Assembly: GCA_013239625.1 (NCBI GenBank)
Contig: MU056000.1
Location: 10,117,175-10,181,174 of the forward strand
From: Lama guanicoe
Lineage: Eukaryota
Direction of reading: 5' to 3'
DNA length: 64,000 nt
In this document: piece after piece, positions 1 to 12,715 of the stretch
Position numbering within the stretch: position 1 is the stretch's first letter
Layout of the letters: each line of letters opens with the position of its first letter
Made by a program: the position numbers and the translations under genes
Notes under the pieces: model-generated
Databases searched by the model: none
Told to the model about the DNA's origin: nothing
What the model saw: only the letters and a program-made list of their open reading frames with translations

Positions 1-1349
1 ATTTAAAATTTGAAACAGTGGAATATTTTGTCATGTGACTGAAAGGTTAACCTACCAGAACAAGTGTTTACCAGCTGAAGTATATATAGGACTTTCCTTT
101 GCAAACTCTGGTAAGTTCCTTTTTGTTTGTAAATTTAAAATCTGTTCTTTAGAAATGAAAAGTCTTGTAGTCATATATGTCCTTTCTGGACTAGATAGAT
201 CTGAATACAAAAATGATTGTAAGTTTCTTAAATAATATGTGTTTAAGAAGTAGAATATGGAATTTTTTTTAGTATTTTGATCAAATCAGTACTATGAGGG
301 AAAAAAACCCTTCTAGATGGAATTAGAAGTATAAAAAGAAATATAACAAATGAAAGTGAAGTAATGGCTAAAATGTATTAGTTATTGTAGAGTGCAGAGA
401 AGGGAAAGAGAAATAGGTATGGACCAGTTGCATCCTTTCAAGGACCAACAGGCAGGTTTCTGAGGGCCTGGAAGATTCCTGTTCATCCAGGTTGGCCCAG
501 GGCCCCTGTTGATTGGTGTGTGGGCTTGTGGTCCCTCAGAAGAGTCACACCCCACCCAGCACAGTGGACCAGCTTCTGAACCTTCAGAGCACCCCAGACA
601 GCTTGGAGCTTCCCAGTTATCTGACTTGACTAAATTCTAAGAGATAATTTTATCCTTAGACATCTTTTCACTTAAAAAAAGGTCTCAGTCAATACATGGT
701 TTGTTGAATGCTAGGTCTAGGGTGTCCGTGTGTGCAGAGAAGACTGGGACATGATTCCTGGAAGTAAAACAGAATTATCATGAAACACACAGAGACGCTC
801 TTGATACCTTTTCCTCTACTGTCAGAGTTTAAATAATGCAGCATTATTTCTTTAAGAAGAAGCTTGATTTTATCAGTGAAGTCCTTAATCCATGACCAGG
901 AAAAATAAGGGGAAAATAACCCCCTTTCCTTCTAATTGGCTACAACCTTTGATCCTTCAGATGTATTCTCTCTGACATAATCCAGCATTCGAATGAGGAA
1001 TGCACAGAAACCAGTTACTTACAGAAGAGGAACATTGATTTTTTTGAATAGAAGATTTAAGTTTTAAAATAGAATATTAAAATTTTAAACAGCTGAAAAA
1101 AATAAAAGCAGTTTTGAATTGCTTGTTTTAAATGATGATTTGCTTACTAAGTGTACTCGTATTTTTGTGTGCTTGTAATCCCACTTTATGTGTAAATATA
1201 AGAGGTGACATTTGTTCTTAAAATTATTAAAAAAAAAATTCACCTTGTCCCTGGGTTTGGCGTCCTACCTTCATCTCGAAAGGAGCAACTGCTCTTTGTG
1301 AGAGCTTGTGTCAGAGCTGTGAGCATCTCTAAGGACAAGTCCTTTCAGC

Positions 1350-1435
1350 ACTGACTCAGAAGGCACCGGCTTGGTAGCACACCGCCTTGGTGGCACACCT
1401 GCTTGTGCGCATGCTCGGACATGCGCGTGCGCACT
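1350..1435. promoter_or_regulatory. Candidate regulatory element with AP-1 and NRF1 motifs
   Basis: TGACTCA at 1352-1358; TGCGCATGCTCG at 1406-1417; TGCGCGTGCGCA at 1422-1433, whose reverse complement matches NRF1 consensus YGCGCAYGCGCR. Confidence 0.4.
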
Positions 1436-4400
1436 GCTGTCATTGAATCATCTCTCAGGCATGCAGGCTGTTTTACAAAGCCTGTTCCAAGTTTAAATGC
1501 CAGCCAGGGCCAATTACAAATGCAGAAGTGCCCAAGGAAGGGCTGGAACAGGTAGGTAAGAATTGTTGATATTATTGAGGAGAATAGAAAGAGCTAACTT
1601 TTAATTCGTGAGAGACTGGGAGAACAAAGCAAATGGTCCCATTCTGACCAGGGTACACAAAGGCTGCTGAGAGTAGGAAGAGGGGATTTGGTGCCCTGTT
1701 GCTTTATTTTTTAATTAACACATTGTATTTGAATTTGACTTGGGTCAGAAATTTTGAGAGAGTGATTCCCATGTTTTTTATTTGTGCAGGACTCATACTT
1801 GTTCACTTATTTTCTGGCAGTCAGAGAAACCAAATAGGGCAAGCTGTGTTTTCTCCACGCTTAGGTGATGAAAGCAGTGTACAGTTAGTAAGTGACAAAG
1901 TTGAGACTAGAAGTCTGTTCTACTGCTGTGAAATCTGTTGCCTCTAGGAAAGGTTTGAGTACCTTGAGGGACACTGAAAGTATGTTCAAGAGATTCAGAA
2001 CAGGTGAGAGGACCTTCCTCCTCCCAGTGGTTTGTTTTGTGCAAATAACCTTACAAACACTGATACAGATGAGAGTGAGACAAGTCTGCTTTGTACTTAT
2101 AAATATCAGTAATTTAAACTGGGGCAGAAGGATGCCTGTGAGTGCAATGAAGGGGGAGGAAAATACATCGTTTTCCTCCCTCTCATCCTCCTCCCCACCC
2201 CCCTCCTCTCCTTGAAGATAAATATTAACCTGTAATTAACTAGCTGCCAGCAGAGGAGAGCGTACAGTGCCGCGAGCTTGGGCACTTGGCTCTCTCCAGT
2301 TGAGTCGTGCTCTTAAGCCATGTTTGTTTTCAAACCTGTTTATGCCAGGTGTACTTTTATTATCGGCATATAATTTAATTAAAGGTTATCTAAATGTTTA
2401 AGACAGGAGTGGGGAAAAGAAAACATTTCTGTAAAAGCTAAATTGAACGATTTGGGAAGACTTGATAAAGGCAGTGCATTTAAAATAAACTGTCATATCA
2501 AGTGTGGGAGAGACATTGTAAAAAGGGAAAGTTTTGTAAATATCTGTAAGCCTTCTGCCCTTAGATTTTTTTCCAGAGTGCTTCTGTATCCCAGCTCCCT
2601 TTAAAGACGGATACCAGAATTGGCATATTAGGGTTTATGCAAGTAAGATGGTGAAGACGTTCCATCCAGGGATTCATACTCAAAGGAAAAGCCTCAGCCC
2701 AGGTCCAGAGATGACAGAAAGGGGCCAGGCCCTTAAAGTGAACTTGGCATTGTGTCATATTGAGCAGGAAGAGGAAGGAGACAGAAGCTTTAGTGGGTGT
2801 CTTTAAAAAAACGGCTTTCTGCTTTAACTGACTTAGTTAAAAATCAACTGACCCAAAGGACTAGTGATCACATTGAGAAAGAGGACTTCCACACAGTCAG
2901 GCCCCAGACTCTCATAGTGTGGGTTGTCATCTACAATGTGTTCCTACGAAAGTGGTCAGTTTTCCTTTTCCGTTCAGTCTTACATGTATAGAAAACCAGA
3001 GAATGCCTGGGTGGACTGGCCATCGCTAAGGCTGACAACAACTTGTTGGTGTTGGGTGTCCTCTTGCTAGCTGGGCAGACCAGTAAGCCTTGGTGTTGGT
3101 GATCAGATGAAACTCCAGTCCTTTCAGGAAGGCGATGCCGTGGGTCACCTAGGCAGGGCCACCGGCGGATGCCTCTTCTCATGCCTCACTTCACGACGAG
3201 GCTGTTTGTCCAAACCTCATACGTGTTAGGCCACGCTAAAACTGCTGAGCAGATCAGCAGGCATTTTCTTACCTTCTATTTTCTGAAAGCCCGTAGGGTG
3301 ATCTCAGTGTGATTTGAAAATACAGGTTAACCTGACCAACACACAGTTTTTGGAAAGGTTATGAATAATCTATTATTTAAGATCTGCATCTACCATAGCT
3401 CACTGGAAAGCTTGGCAGAATAATGAAAACCTATTATAATACAAGTCAGAAATCAGTCCTACTGTCACTTTATTTCACCTAATTATTTTTTAATGGAAGA
3501 TTAAACTGAGTGTTGTATTTCAGTTTGATGATATAGGACCTCCTTGGTTTGTCTGTGACATCAGTTGATGTACATGTATAGACAAGGATATATTCTGTTT
3601 GTTTCTGGCCAAGGTGAAGGATACCCGTTAGGTAATGAAACCCGTGCTATGTTAGATCATTTCACCTCACTCATTGATTTCAAATCAGCATTATGGTGGA
3701 GTTTTTTTTTTCTTTTACATAAAAAAATTAATGTTTTTATATATATATATAGTGATTTACACAACTTAGATGAAGAAAGTAAAATAATGAGAAATTTATT
3801 TTTGATGAAAATTAATCTCTTATATATTTGGTTTGTACCATATGACATTTTTAAAAGAAGCTAGAATGCTTAGTTCAATAGTAAGAACAGAGGAATGAAT
3901 TTACGTAAGTAGAACAGCCTAGACTTTCTCACTTCTACATTAAAAAAGGCGATTTGGAGTTTGTCTTCCTACTGGCTTTTATTTGGGATCCCAAATCTTG
4001 TTTTTAGCTATTCTAAGTTAAATAAATACTGTAATATACTTACCTGAAAAGCATGCATCTTTTTTATGTGATGCAATTAAGAGAGTGCTGAATTGTAACA
4101 TTTCTTACTGTCACATTTCCTTTAGGAACTTCTGCGATGGGTTTGTGGTTAATGTCTGCTGCTTGCACACTGTGAATGCATATTGATGGTAATGACGACT
4201 TTGATTGTGGTCTAGAAGTGTATGGCACTCTATTAATATGCTAGTGAATGTGCTGGTGTTAAAAATGTGCTAGTTTATTTTCTTTTTCCCATTGGCTTAC
4301 TTTATTCAGACCTGTATTCTTTTCATGTGACTTAGAGAACTTTATTCACCTTCTCTGAACCTTGATGTTTCATCCATAAAATGAAGACTCTACAAAATGA

Positions 4401-4654
4401 CCCCTCAAGTCTGTAGCTCTGATCCAGCGATCTCAGAAAGTGCATGCTCTCATTTGTATGCACGGATCTTTGTGATTTCACCAGTGACATGAGTTACATT
4501 CTGCTCCTCTAAAGTGTGTAGAAATTGAGAATCCAAATCACTAGCCTTGTTCTTTCTAAATAGACAACTGGCTTTTGAGACTAGAAGCTAGTGTTAAGAA
4601 CTGGTCATTGATTTATATTGATTTGATGATCGTTTTACTTACTTACACCTTAAT

Positions 4655-4840
4655 GATTAAGAGCTTGTGTTCTGGAGTCAGCTTTGAACCCATCCCCTCA
4701 CTACGTATCTGTTCAGTCCTGGGCTTCTGACTTACCGCCTGTGTGCATTAGGAGTGGTAATGGTGTCTCCTTCCTCGTGTTGTCCTGAGGGCTCAGGGAG
4801 AGAGTTCGTGCAGAGCTTGGCGCAGAGCAGGAGCTTGGCT
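4655..4840 (+). mobile_element. Degenerate MIR SINE
   Basis: ttaagagcttgtgttctggagtcag at the start and gagttcgtgcagagcttggcgcagagc at the end resemble the MIR consensus ends. Confidence 0.55.
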
Positions 4841-7069
4841 GGCTGTTCAGACTGGGATCAGGACTTTCCTCCTTCGCTGTCTCATTCAGCAAGCCTGTAG
4901 AAACGCCTTTCCTTCTGCACTCTTGTCAGGGTTCTCTGAACCCGCCCCATGATCTGATTTAACTGTGGAAACTCTTCAGACACTGTTTCCTTTCCTAGAA
5001 CTGAGGCATGCGCCTGGTGCCCCTGCATTTGCATTCGTGCCGGCCGTAGGGTCACACTTGTCCAGTCATTGTTGTTAGTCTTGCCTGCCCATTTATTTAT
5101 GTGATCATTTGAGAAGGGATGTTTCAAACAACAAGATGATTTTTATCTTCTTTCTTGTATTCACTTCACCGTTTGTGGACGCTGGGGTTCGTGGCGCAGA
5201 CCTCAGCTCTTCAGAGAGAACTGAATGGTCGTTGGGATATTATGGTCCCTTTGAAATAACCTCTGATCCTGAATTCTCCTCACGTTACCAACACTGAGTT
5301 GTCTTGTTGACGAAGGGGCTTGTTCCCAGTGCGGGCCGTGGGGTAAACTTCAGTGCAGTGGGTGTCAGCCGTACTTCTTGGATTTTAAAGACCCTGTGTA
5401 TCATATGACATATGGTTCATTGTCTGTAATTCCCTTTGGCCTTGGCTAGTATGGGAGCAGTGGCATGAAATGGCATGTTTACCTTTGAACGTGATTCTGT
5501 GATTTGGGGAAAACTACCTGATCGTGTCGTGAACCAGATCAGCGCATTTGTTTTCCCTCTTTTCTTGTCACTGGCCCATTTATCTTGCTTAGTCAAGTCT
5601 CTGTAGTAACCTTGTGGTGTAGATGGCAGCCCAAGGCCCTGAGCTGGGCAGGGGGAGCTGGCGTTGGAATCCAGCAGCCTGGCCCTAGAGCCGGGCTCTG
5701 ACCTGCTCGGCCCCCACCTCAGGACCCTCTGACACCACCAGAAACCCGCTGTGGGATGAAGAGGTCTTGCGGATGCCTGACTTCACGGAGTGGGCACGGT
5801 GGCCTGGCTGTGCGGGCTGAGGGACAGATGTGAGCGTGAGATGCTGGGGGTGCGCCTTGGGCTCTCCAGGGACGTGCGTTTTAAAATGTGTATCTTACAC
5901 ACTCCATTCCTTCCATTTTCGACTGGATGTTTGTTATTAAGATTAGCTAGAGCCAGGATTTAAAAACAAACCAGAACCCCAAATGCTGGCTGCCGTACAG
6001 TATGTGATCACTGTACGCCGGCCTCTCAGTGCAGTCTGTCAGTTGTACTGACTCCGTCCTGTCGTGGTAGCCGGGGGAGCTCACAAAGGAACTGAGTCTC
6101 TGCATCTGAATCTCTTTCTGGGTTCCTTTTTTACCATTGGCCACAGCACTTCTGGTCACCTCTCCCTCTCCCCCTCTCCGCAGGAGGGGTGAGAGCAGGC
6201 GTGTAAGCATCCACCTGTCACACCATCGCCTTCGTTGCCAGCGTCTCTTCCTCCCCTCCCCCTGCCCCAGGTACCCAGTCCTCCCAGGTAGGATTAGGAT
6301 TCCAGCTCTTTCTCCAGCCAGCCCACCTCCTGTGCAGTTTGCTCTGTCACAGACACGCTTAGTAGTTGAAATCAGATTTCTGATTTACAGGAAAATTGTC
6401 TTCTTTCAAAGATGACAAGGTCACACTTGACCTAGTTTAATGAGAAGACGGTAAAGGTAAAACCACAAGTAGCTGTTTCCAGCACGGGTCATGTTGCAGA
6501 AGTGTGGGCGCCCGTGGCAGCCCTGGCAGCAGTTGGGGTGTGGGGCCCTTTCCACGGGACACACGGGCAGGATGGTGTTTGGTTTCTCATTGAGATCTGT
6601 AAATACCTTGTTTTTAATATTACTAATGCTAATAACGTCAGTCTAAGGTTTGGGAAAATGTTAAATGAAATGACATTTTACAAGTTTGAAATCAGACGTT
6701 TAAAAGCGTTCAATATCTTTTAGAAACAAGATTGCTTTTTTTAATTGAAGGAATAAAGGTGTTTTTAATCAGCTGATTTTTAACATAACTATAATTTATG
6801 TCTCTTCGGGAGGGGGGAAGATTCTTGTGTACCTTCTCCAAACAGGTTGGATTTTAAAATGACTTTTGAAAAATTACTGAAGACTCATCTACGGGAATGT
6901 GTTTTCACTTCATCACACTTGGTCACCACCTTCAGTAAGAGATTAAGTGGAACATAAGCGTAACATTTTAATAAAGGGCACTTGGCATTTTCCTCCTTAG
7001 TAGGTTAGATAAGTAAAGATGTAAATATATTTTTTTAAAAAAGCAGAAGAATGGACAGAGGAGTACAGG

Positions 7070-7250
7070 ACGCTCAGGGTGCCAGGGCTCCCAGGCTCCT
7101 GCTGTGATCTCCAGCAAGCTTGTGCCCTCTCTGTACCTCATACGGTAATTGACCCACCCTGGAAGGTTGTTGGATGATTCAGTGGAGTTGTCTGAGTGAA
7201 AAGGATGATGCCTGGGACAGAGGAGGTGTCTCATGATTGTTAAAGTAATT
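7070..7250 (+). mobile_element. Degenerate MIR SINE
   Basis: gctgtgatctccagcaagcttgtgccctctctgtacctca resembles the MIR core. Confidence 0.5.
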
Positions 7251-7459
7251 TTCATTATTTGATTATGAAACCATAATGATGCACGTGGAAGGCTAGTATT
7301 AAGCCTCAAAAGAAACACTGTTCCAATGCTGTGACAAGTCATTTAAGTTGAAAAAATTCTTAACCTTTCCAACAATTAGCATCCAAGGATCTGGGCTAAC
7401 TGACTCTCTGAGAGTCAGCTGCACCGCAAAAGTGATGTCCAAATGCAGAAAAGAGAGTA

Positions 7460-7660
7460 CAGTTGACTGTTAAACAACAATTTGAACTGCCCGGGTCCAC
7501 TTATACATGGATTGTTTTCAGTAGTAAATACTGTACTACATGATCTGCTTTGGTTGACTCCCTGGACGTGGAACCATGGTTACGGAGGGCCGGCCAAGAG
7601 ACTTGAGCATCCTTAGAGGGTCCTGGAACCAGTCCCCTGTGGATACAGGGGATAAGACTG
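7460..7660 (+). mobile_element. TcMar-Tigger MITE (Tigger2/MER8-like)
   Basis: Starts TA|CAGTTGAC..aacaac..tttgaactgcccgggtccacttatac and ends ggaaccagtcccctgtggatacaggggataagactg; these are typical Tigger2-family termini. Confidence 0.75.
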
Positions 7661-8982
7661 CAGTCTGTAAGGAAAAATAAAATCTCAATCCCCTTTGAAG
7701 GGGCAGAAGGGGGAAGGGAGGGCACAGATGCTTGTGGAGAGTGCTCTGGGCAGGGCTCTGCCTCGAATGCTCTCTGCAGTGGGCAGTGGTGGCCGAGTCA
7801 CCTGACCTGCCCGTCCCCCTCAGCACGCCTAACCCTTGCAAAATTGAGTTGCAGGCACATCAAGATTGCACAGTGGCAGAGCCAGGACTTGGTTGCCTGG
7901 ATCCCATGCTGGCCTCCTGCATTGAACAGAGCTCTGATTGCTGGTGAAATGTGGGAAATGGTCATTGCAAAGGCTGATGAACTTTTCAAGCTAAGTAAAT
8001 CCCTAGCAAGAGGACCAGAGCAATTGGGGTGGGATCCTTGTGCGATCAGCAGTCCGTGGGACTTGGAAAGCCTGTCACTGCAGTGGGTAGCTGCCTCACC
8101 AGGGAGGCTGTTGCTTGGCGCTTCAGTGTTGACAAGGTCTAAAAGGAAGTGCCTCAGTTTGCGGTGCCGCCAGAGGTGAAGGGACTTGGGCCACGAGGGA
8201 GGCAGGTGGCCCAGAGGTGGTAGAAATGTGTCCTGGCCAGTGTGGTGACATGACATTGGTGAATGTTTCAAGTGGGAAAGTACAGCTAGGATTTTAGCAG
8301 AGCCAGTGACAGGCGAAAACTGCGTTTAGGGCCAGGTGCTTTGTGTGGGTATGTGGGAAGGGGAAGGATGGAGAGGTTTTTCTTTTTGTTTCCTATAATT
8401 CTTGTGGGGGGTTGCTCTGCGTGAAGCTGACCAGGCACCCCCCCCCCCACTGTGGGGTAGGAATGCTCCTTCTAGAGCCCTGTGTGGTCTCTGCAGAAGG
8501 TGCTTTGTTATTCAGAAAACTCAGCCAGGCGGTCTTTATCCCCGTTTCAGCACTAAAGAGAGATCTGCTAGGTCCCTGGCTTGCAGGCCGGCCACCTTGG
8601 GGACGCAGACCCCTTGTGTGTGGCTGTTCCTGTCAGAGCTTGTGGCTGTTCTGGGCTGTGGTCTTAGCAGACCCTCCGGGTTCGGAGAGTCTCAATTTTG
8701 GCAGGTCTCCTCGAGGGCCTTCCTGTGTGACGCTGAGCTGCCCCTGTGAGCTCTGAGGTCCTTCCGAGAGTGCCCGCGATGTGGGCCACGCCTCCTCGTC
8801 TTAGGGTGATGACCATCTGCATCCACACCACGTGGAGGGCCTGGAAAGTGCAGCACCTGGAGCCCTGCCAGGTGCCGCCCGGAGTCTTTGGGATAGGGCT
8901 CAGGACCCTGCATTAGGCCGGGATCTCCACGTGAGAAGCAGACCAACACTGAAGATCCGTTTCTGGAGGAAATAAAACAGAT

Positions 8983-9199
8983 CAGTGTTTTTCAATCAGT
9001 AGGTTGTTACCGGCATTAAAAACAAATAAAAGTTAGAATGAAATGGTGCAGAAAATGTCAGAGTTCACTGCACATACCGCGGGCCATTTTGTAAGGCCGT
9101 GAAGTCAGTACGTATGACTTAACATGTGTTCTTATTTGGTTGTGTTGTAAACTGGATTTCTTACTGTGAGTTGAGGTCAATAAAGTTTGAAAGCCAGTA
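8983..9199. mobile_element. hAT-Charlie type MITE with 8-bp target-site duplication
   Basis: Imperfect TIRs cagtgtttttcaa / ttgaaagccagta, flanked by identical AAACAGAT at 8975-8982 and 9200-9207. Confidence 0.75.
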
Positions 9200-9349
9200 A
9201 AACAGATGATGTCTTTGTGTTCCTTCTCAGCACAAAGTCCTTTTATATTGTTTGTAGTCTAGCCTGTGCCCCAGCTAGTAAATCATCTGCTTTGTGATGA
9301 ACATCAAAAATACAAGATACTAGAGAGCTATTAACCTGTCCTTGCCGTG

Positions 9350-9530
9350 GGTCTCACTCTTAGGCATACAACTGGATTTCTCAGGGAACTGAGTGAAACG
9401 CAGCCCCCACTCCAGGCCTTCTGTCTCAGAATCCATGAGGTGGGCAGAGGGTCCTGCATTTTACTGCATTTTAACAAGTATCCTGTATGATTCCCAGGCA
9501 GGGACTTGTGGGCACCTTTGGGAAACAGGA
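9350..9530. mobile_element. MER5-like hAT-Charlie MITE
   Basis: cccactccaggcct..tcagaatc..ctgcattttaacaag..tgattc..ctttgggaaaca matches the MER5A/B pattern. Confidence 0.7.
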
Positions 9531-12181
9531 CCTGCCTGTGGGAGCACTTCACCTGTTATGGTTTGAACCTGGCAACAGTTCTGTGTGGTGACCCTTCCCC
9601 TCCGTTTACAAATGAGGACCCTGCAGCCCACATTGATTCGATTTGGTCACTTCTTGGTGTCTCACGGATGCGAAAGGCAGGGCCTGGTCTCCTTTGTAGG
9701 TTAGCCCTCCCTTCTGGGTGGGAATCAGGTGGCACGAGATGGGAAAGGAACATTCCTGATTGAGGGAACTGCCCTCCTGGGAAAAAAATAGGATTGTTTA
9801 AAAATAACAGTTGTAGAGAGGCTGGGCATGAAGCGTTTTGTCTTGGAAGCAGGTGTTGTTAGTGCTGCCTCTGGGGCGGCCTTTTAGACCCGTGCCCTCC
9901 TGAGCAGAGCCAGAGATCAGGGAGGTGGAGCGCGGATGGTGGCTGGCTCGACAGTCTTGCCCTGGCTGTGCTCCCCGCAGGAGACTTGCAGCCCAGCTCT
10001 GCCTCCAGCTTTGGGATCAAGGCGATGGCTCTCCTCTGCAGAATAAGAGGGTTACATGGCAGCATCTAGCCCTGGGAGCGCTTCCAGCTTCACATCCTGT
10101 GACTTTATCTTTTGAAAAAGTAGTATTTCCTTCCTTTTCCTTGAACGAGATACTGCATGGCTAACAAAATGTATGCAGATGTTTTGATCCCCCCACCCCT
10201 CCCTGGGAGAATGCTGTCAACAGATCCATGTACTGGGTGCTTGCAGCTCCGTTCAGGCTGTTGGATGCACACGTCTCGGGCTGCCTGTCCCCAGCGCTGC
10301 TCCTTTCCAGCAGGAGAGGGGTGTCAGTTGCATGACAGCGTTTCCTCAGTCTCCCACCTTCAGGCAGAGACTCGGGAAGTAGGTGGTGGAGCCACTGGGC
10401 TGGCTGACCCTGAGACTGCACAGCTTCAAGTTAATCTCTTTAAAGAAAGGAAGAATGATTTTCTTTCAAAATTAGGCAGCTCCTCGGAGCTGACAGCATG
10501 TAGGCAGGAAGTTATATCCAGTGGGATTCGTGAGAACAGGAGGAAATGGTCATGTTTCCGGGAAGCTGGGCTGGTGCTGGGTAGCTGTGCATTCTGTGGC
10601 CCTAGAAAGATACTCTTTTTAATTTGAAGGTTGAAACTCTCTCTCCTTGTCTGTCTTGGACACATGCACTTCCTCCTTTTTTGGAAATGTGCGACCTCTT
10701 ATGCTCAAATTCCCATATAATTTTGGTCTTAATCTAAATTGGATTATAGCGATACACAGCCTCTTAAAATACTATTTTATGAGCATTCAGTGCTTAATAC
10801 ACCCAACCCTTGACGTGGATCCACGGCGGGTTAAGTTTGCTGCTCCTGCTGCATGATGTCCTGGAGAGCAGTACCTGGGTAGAGGCACCCACATTTGGCC
10901 TAAGAGCAGTATTTAGAGGTCAGTGTCTCTCAGGCTGACGTTGCTGCCATGTTTCTTTGATATTCGAGTAAATCATGTCTTTGTTTTGAGAATTGATATG
11001 TTTAATCTTAATATGTTTGTCAGTTTTCCATTTCTTGATGTTTGTTGGGAAGGAGAAATTTATTGTTATTATTACATTTTGATTCCCAGAAAGTATGTGA
11101 AGTCAAAACCCTATGTCTTGTTCAGGTTAACCATATATATATAAGTTGTTTGTTTTAAGCAGAAATTTTAGTGTTTGTCTTTTTAAATAATTTTTTAAAT
11201 TGGAGCAGACTGATCAGTTATGTTACTTTACAGCATTAGGTTTCTCCTGGAGTAACTGGAAATATAGCTGAGTTAACCTGTGGTCTTTTGGGGAAGACAG
11301 AATAAAGTGGAGAGTATGCTAAAAGTTACACTGAGGACAATTTAGTCTATAATGTTAGCATCATCTGAAGCATTTTGACTTTATACAATTTTTAAAGGAT
11401 AGAGAATCAGGATGGAAGGATGGCTGGCTGCTTGCTCTCATGGATGAATTATAAGTTGCTAGCCAGCAATACAAAACAAATAATAATAAAAAATGAGTTT
11501 TATAGAAAAAGAGTGGAAAGATTCAATATATTTCAGCTGACAAAAATGATTATTTTTGAGTTGTTTTCTGGAGGCTTGGCACTAAATGGGTATCGGCCTA
11601 GAAGTAGGAATGATAGGTTTGGAAGAAGAATAAAGAACTGAGAAATAAGAATTACCACCCATTTTTAAGTGAAAGAAAGACGACATAGACTCCCACAGTG
11701 TTAAACCACGTATGTAGATTTAAGTCAGGTAACGTTATGTTAAATACGTATGTATTTCAGATAAAATACGGAAAAATTAAAGGCTGTTCGTCTTTGGGTG
11801 TTTAAATTCTTTGTGCCTCAGCTTCCTCACTTCTGAAAATGAAAGGGCTTGTCCCGTATCATTGTACACGTAACGTAGAACTCCTAGCCTGAGCAGTTCT
11901 CATGATTGTTGACAACCTGAAGGAAATTACGTGGTTCTGTGGGACAGGACCTCACAGGTTACCTAAAACCTCGAGTTTCCTTAAGTTTTACTTGAGTTAT
12001 AGAGAATCAGTGTGGAGTTGTTGGCTGTAACACGCTGAACAAAAACACTAACTGGCTGTTTTATGAATGGAGGTGAGGTGGGCGGGGCAGATGGGGGAGG
12101 ACCTGTGGCACAGTTCTCTGAGAAAAGAGGAAAATGCAAATGGAATTCAGACCCTTGGAACCGAAGACTGAGTTAGGTGCT

Positions 12182-12715
12182 TGTGTCAGTTTCTGTTGCC
12201 TCTTACTGAGTTACTGCAAAGACAGCACTTACAAAAAAACACAGTCACTACTCACACTTCTGTGGGTGGGTGTCTGGGCACAGCAGAACCAGGTGCTCTG
12301 CCCAGGGCCCCCTGGGCTGAGGTCTCCTCTGAAGCAGGGGTCCTCTTCCAGGCGCATTCAGGCTGTGGGCAGGATTCAAGTCTGTGGTCGTAGGACTGAC
12401 AGCCCCGGCTTCCTCATCTCCTAGAGGCCACTCTCAGTCAGGGCCACGTGGCCCGCTGCACCAGTTTGCTGTGTCTAGGTCAGTGGACTCTCATCCTCTC
12501 TGACGCTGTGCCTTTTCTAAAGGCCCCCCGATTGGTCAGGCCCATCCAAGCTAATCTCCCTTTGGATCAACCAAAAGCAGTTCCTTTGTAACCTAATCAC
12601 AAGAGTGATCCGCTGTCTTATTCGCTGGTCCTACCTCCACTCCAGGGAAGCGGATTGTCCTAGGGACACAATGGGGGTGGGGGTCATGGGGCATCTTCGA
12701 CTCCTGCCCACCACA
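12182..12715 (-). mobile_element. MaLR solo LTR (MLT1E/F-like) with intact 5-bp TSD
   Basis: TG...CA termini; TSD GTGCT at 12177-12181 and 12716-12720. Internal ggcaggattca..gtcgtaggactga and terminal ctgcccaccaca motifs are typical of MLT1. Confidence 0.85.
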
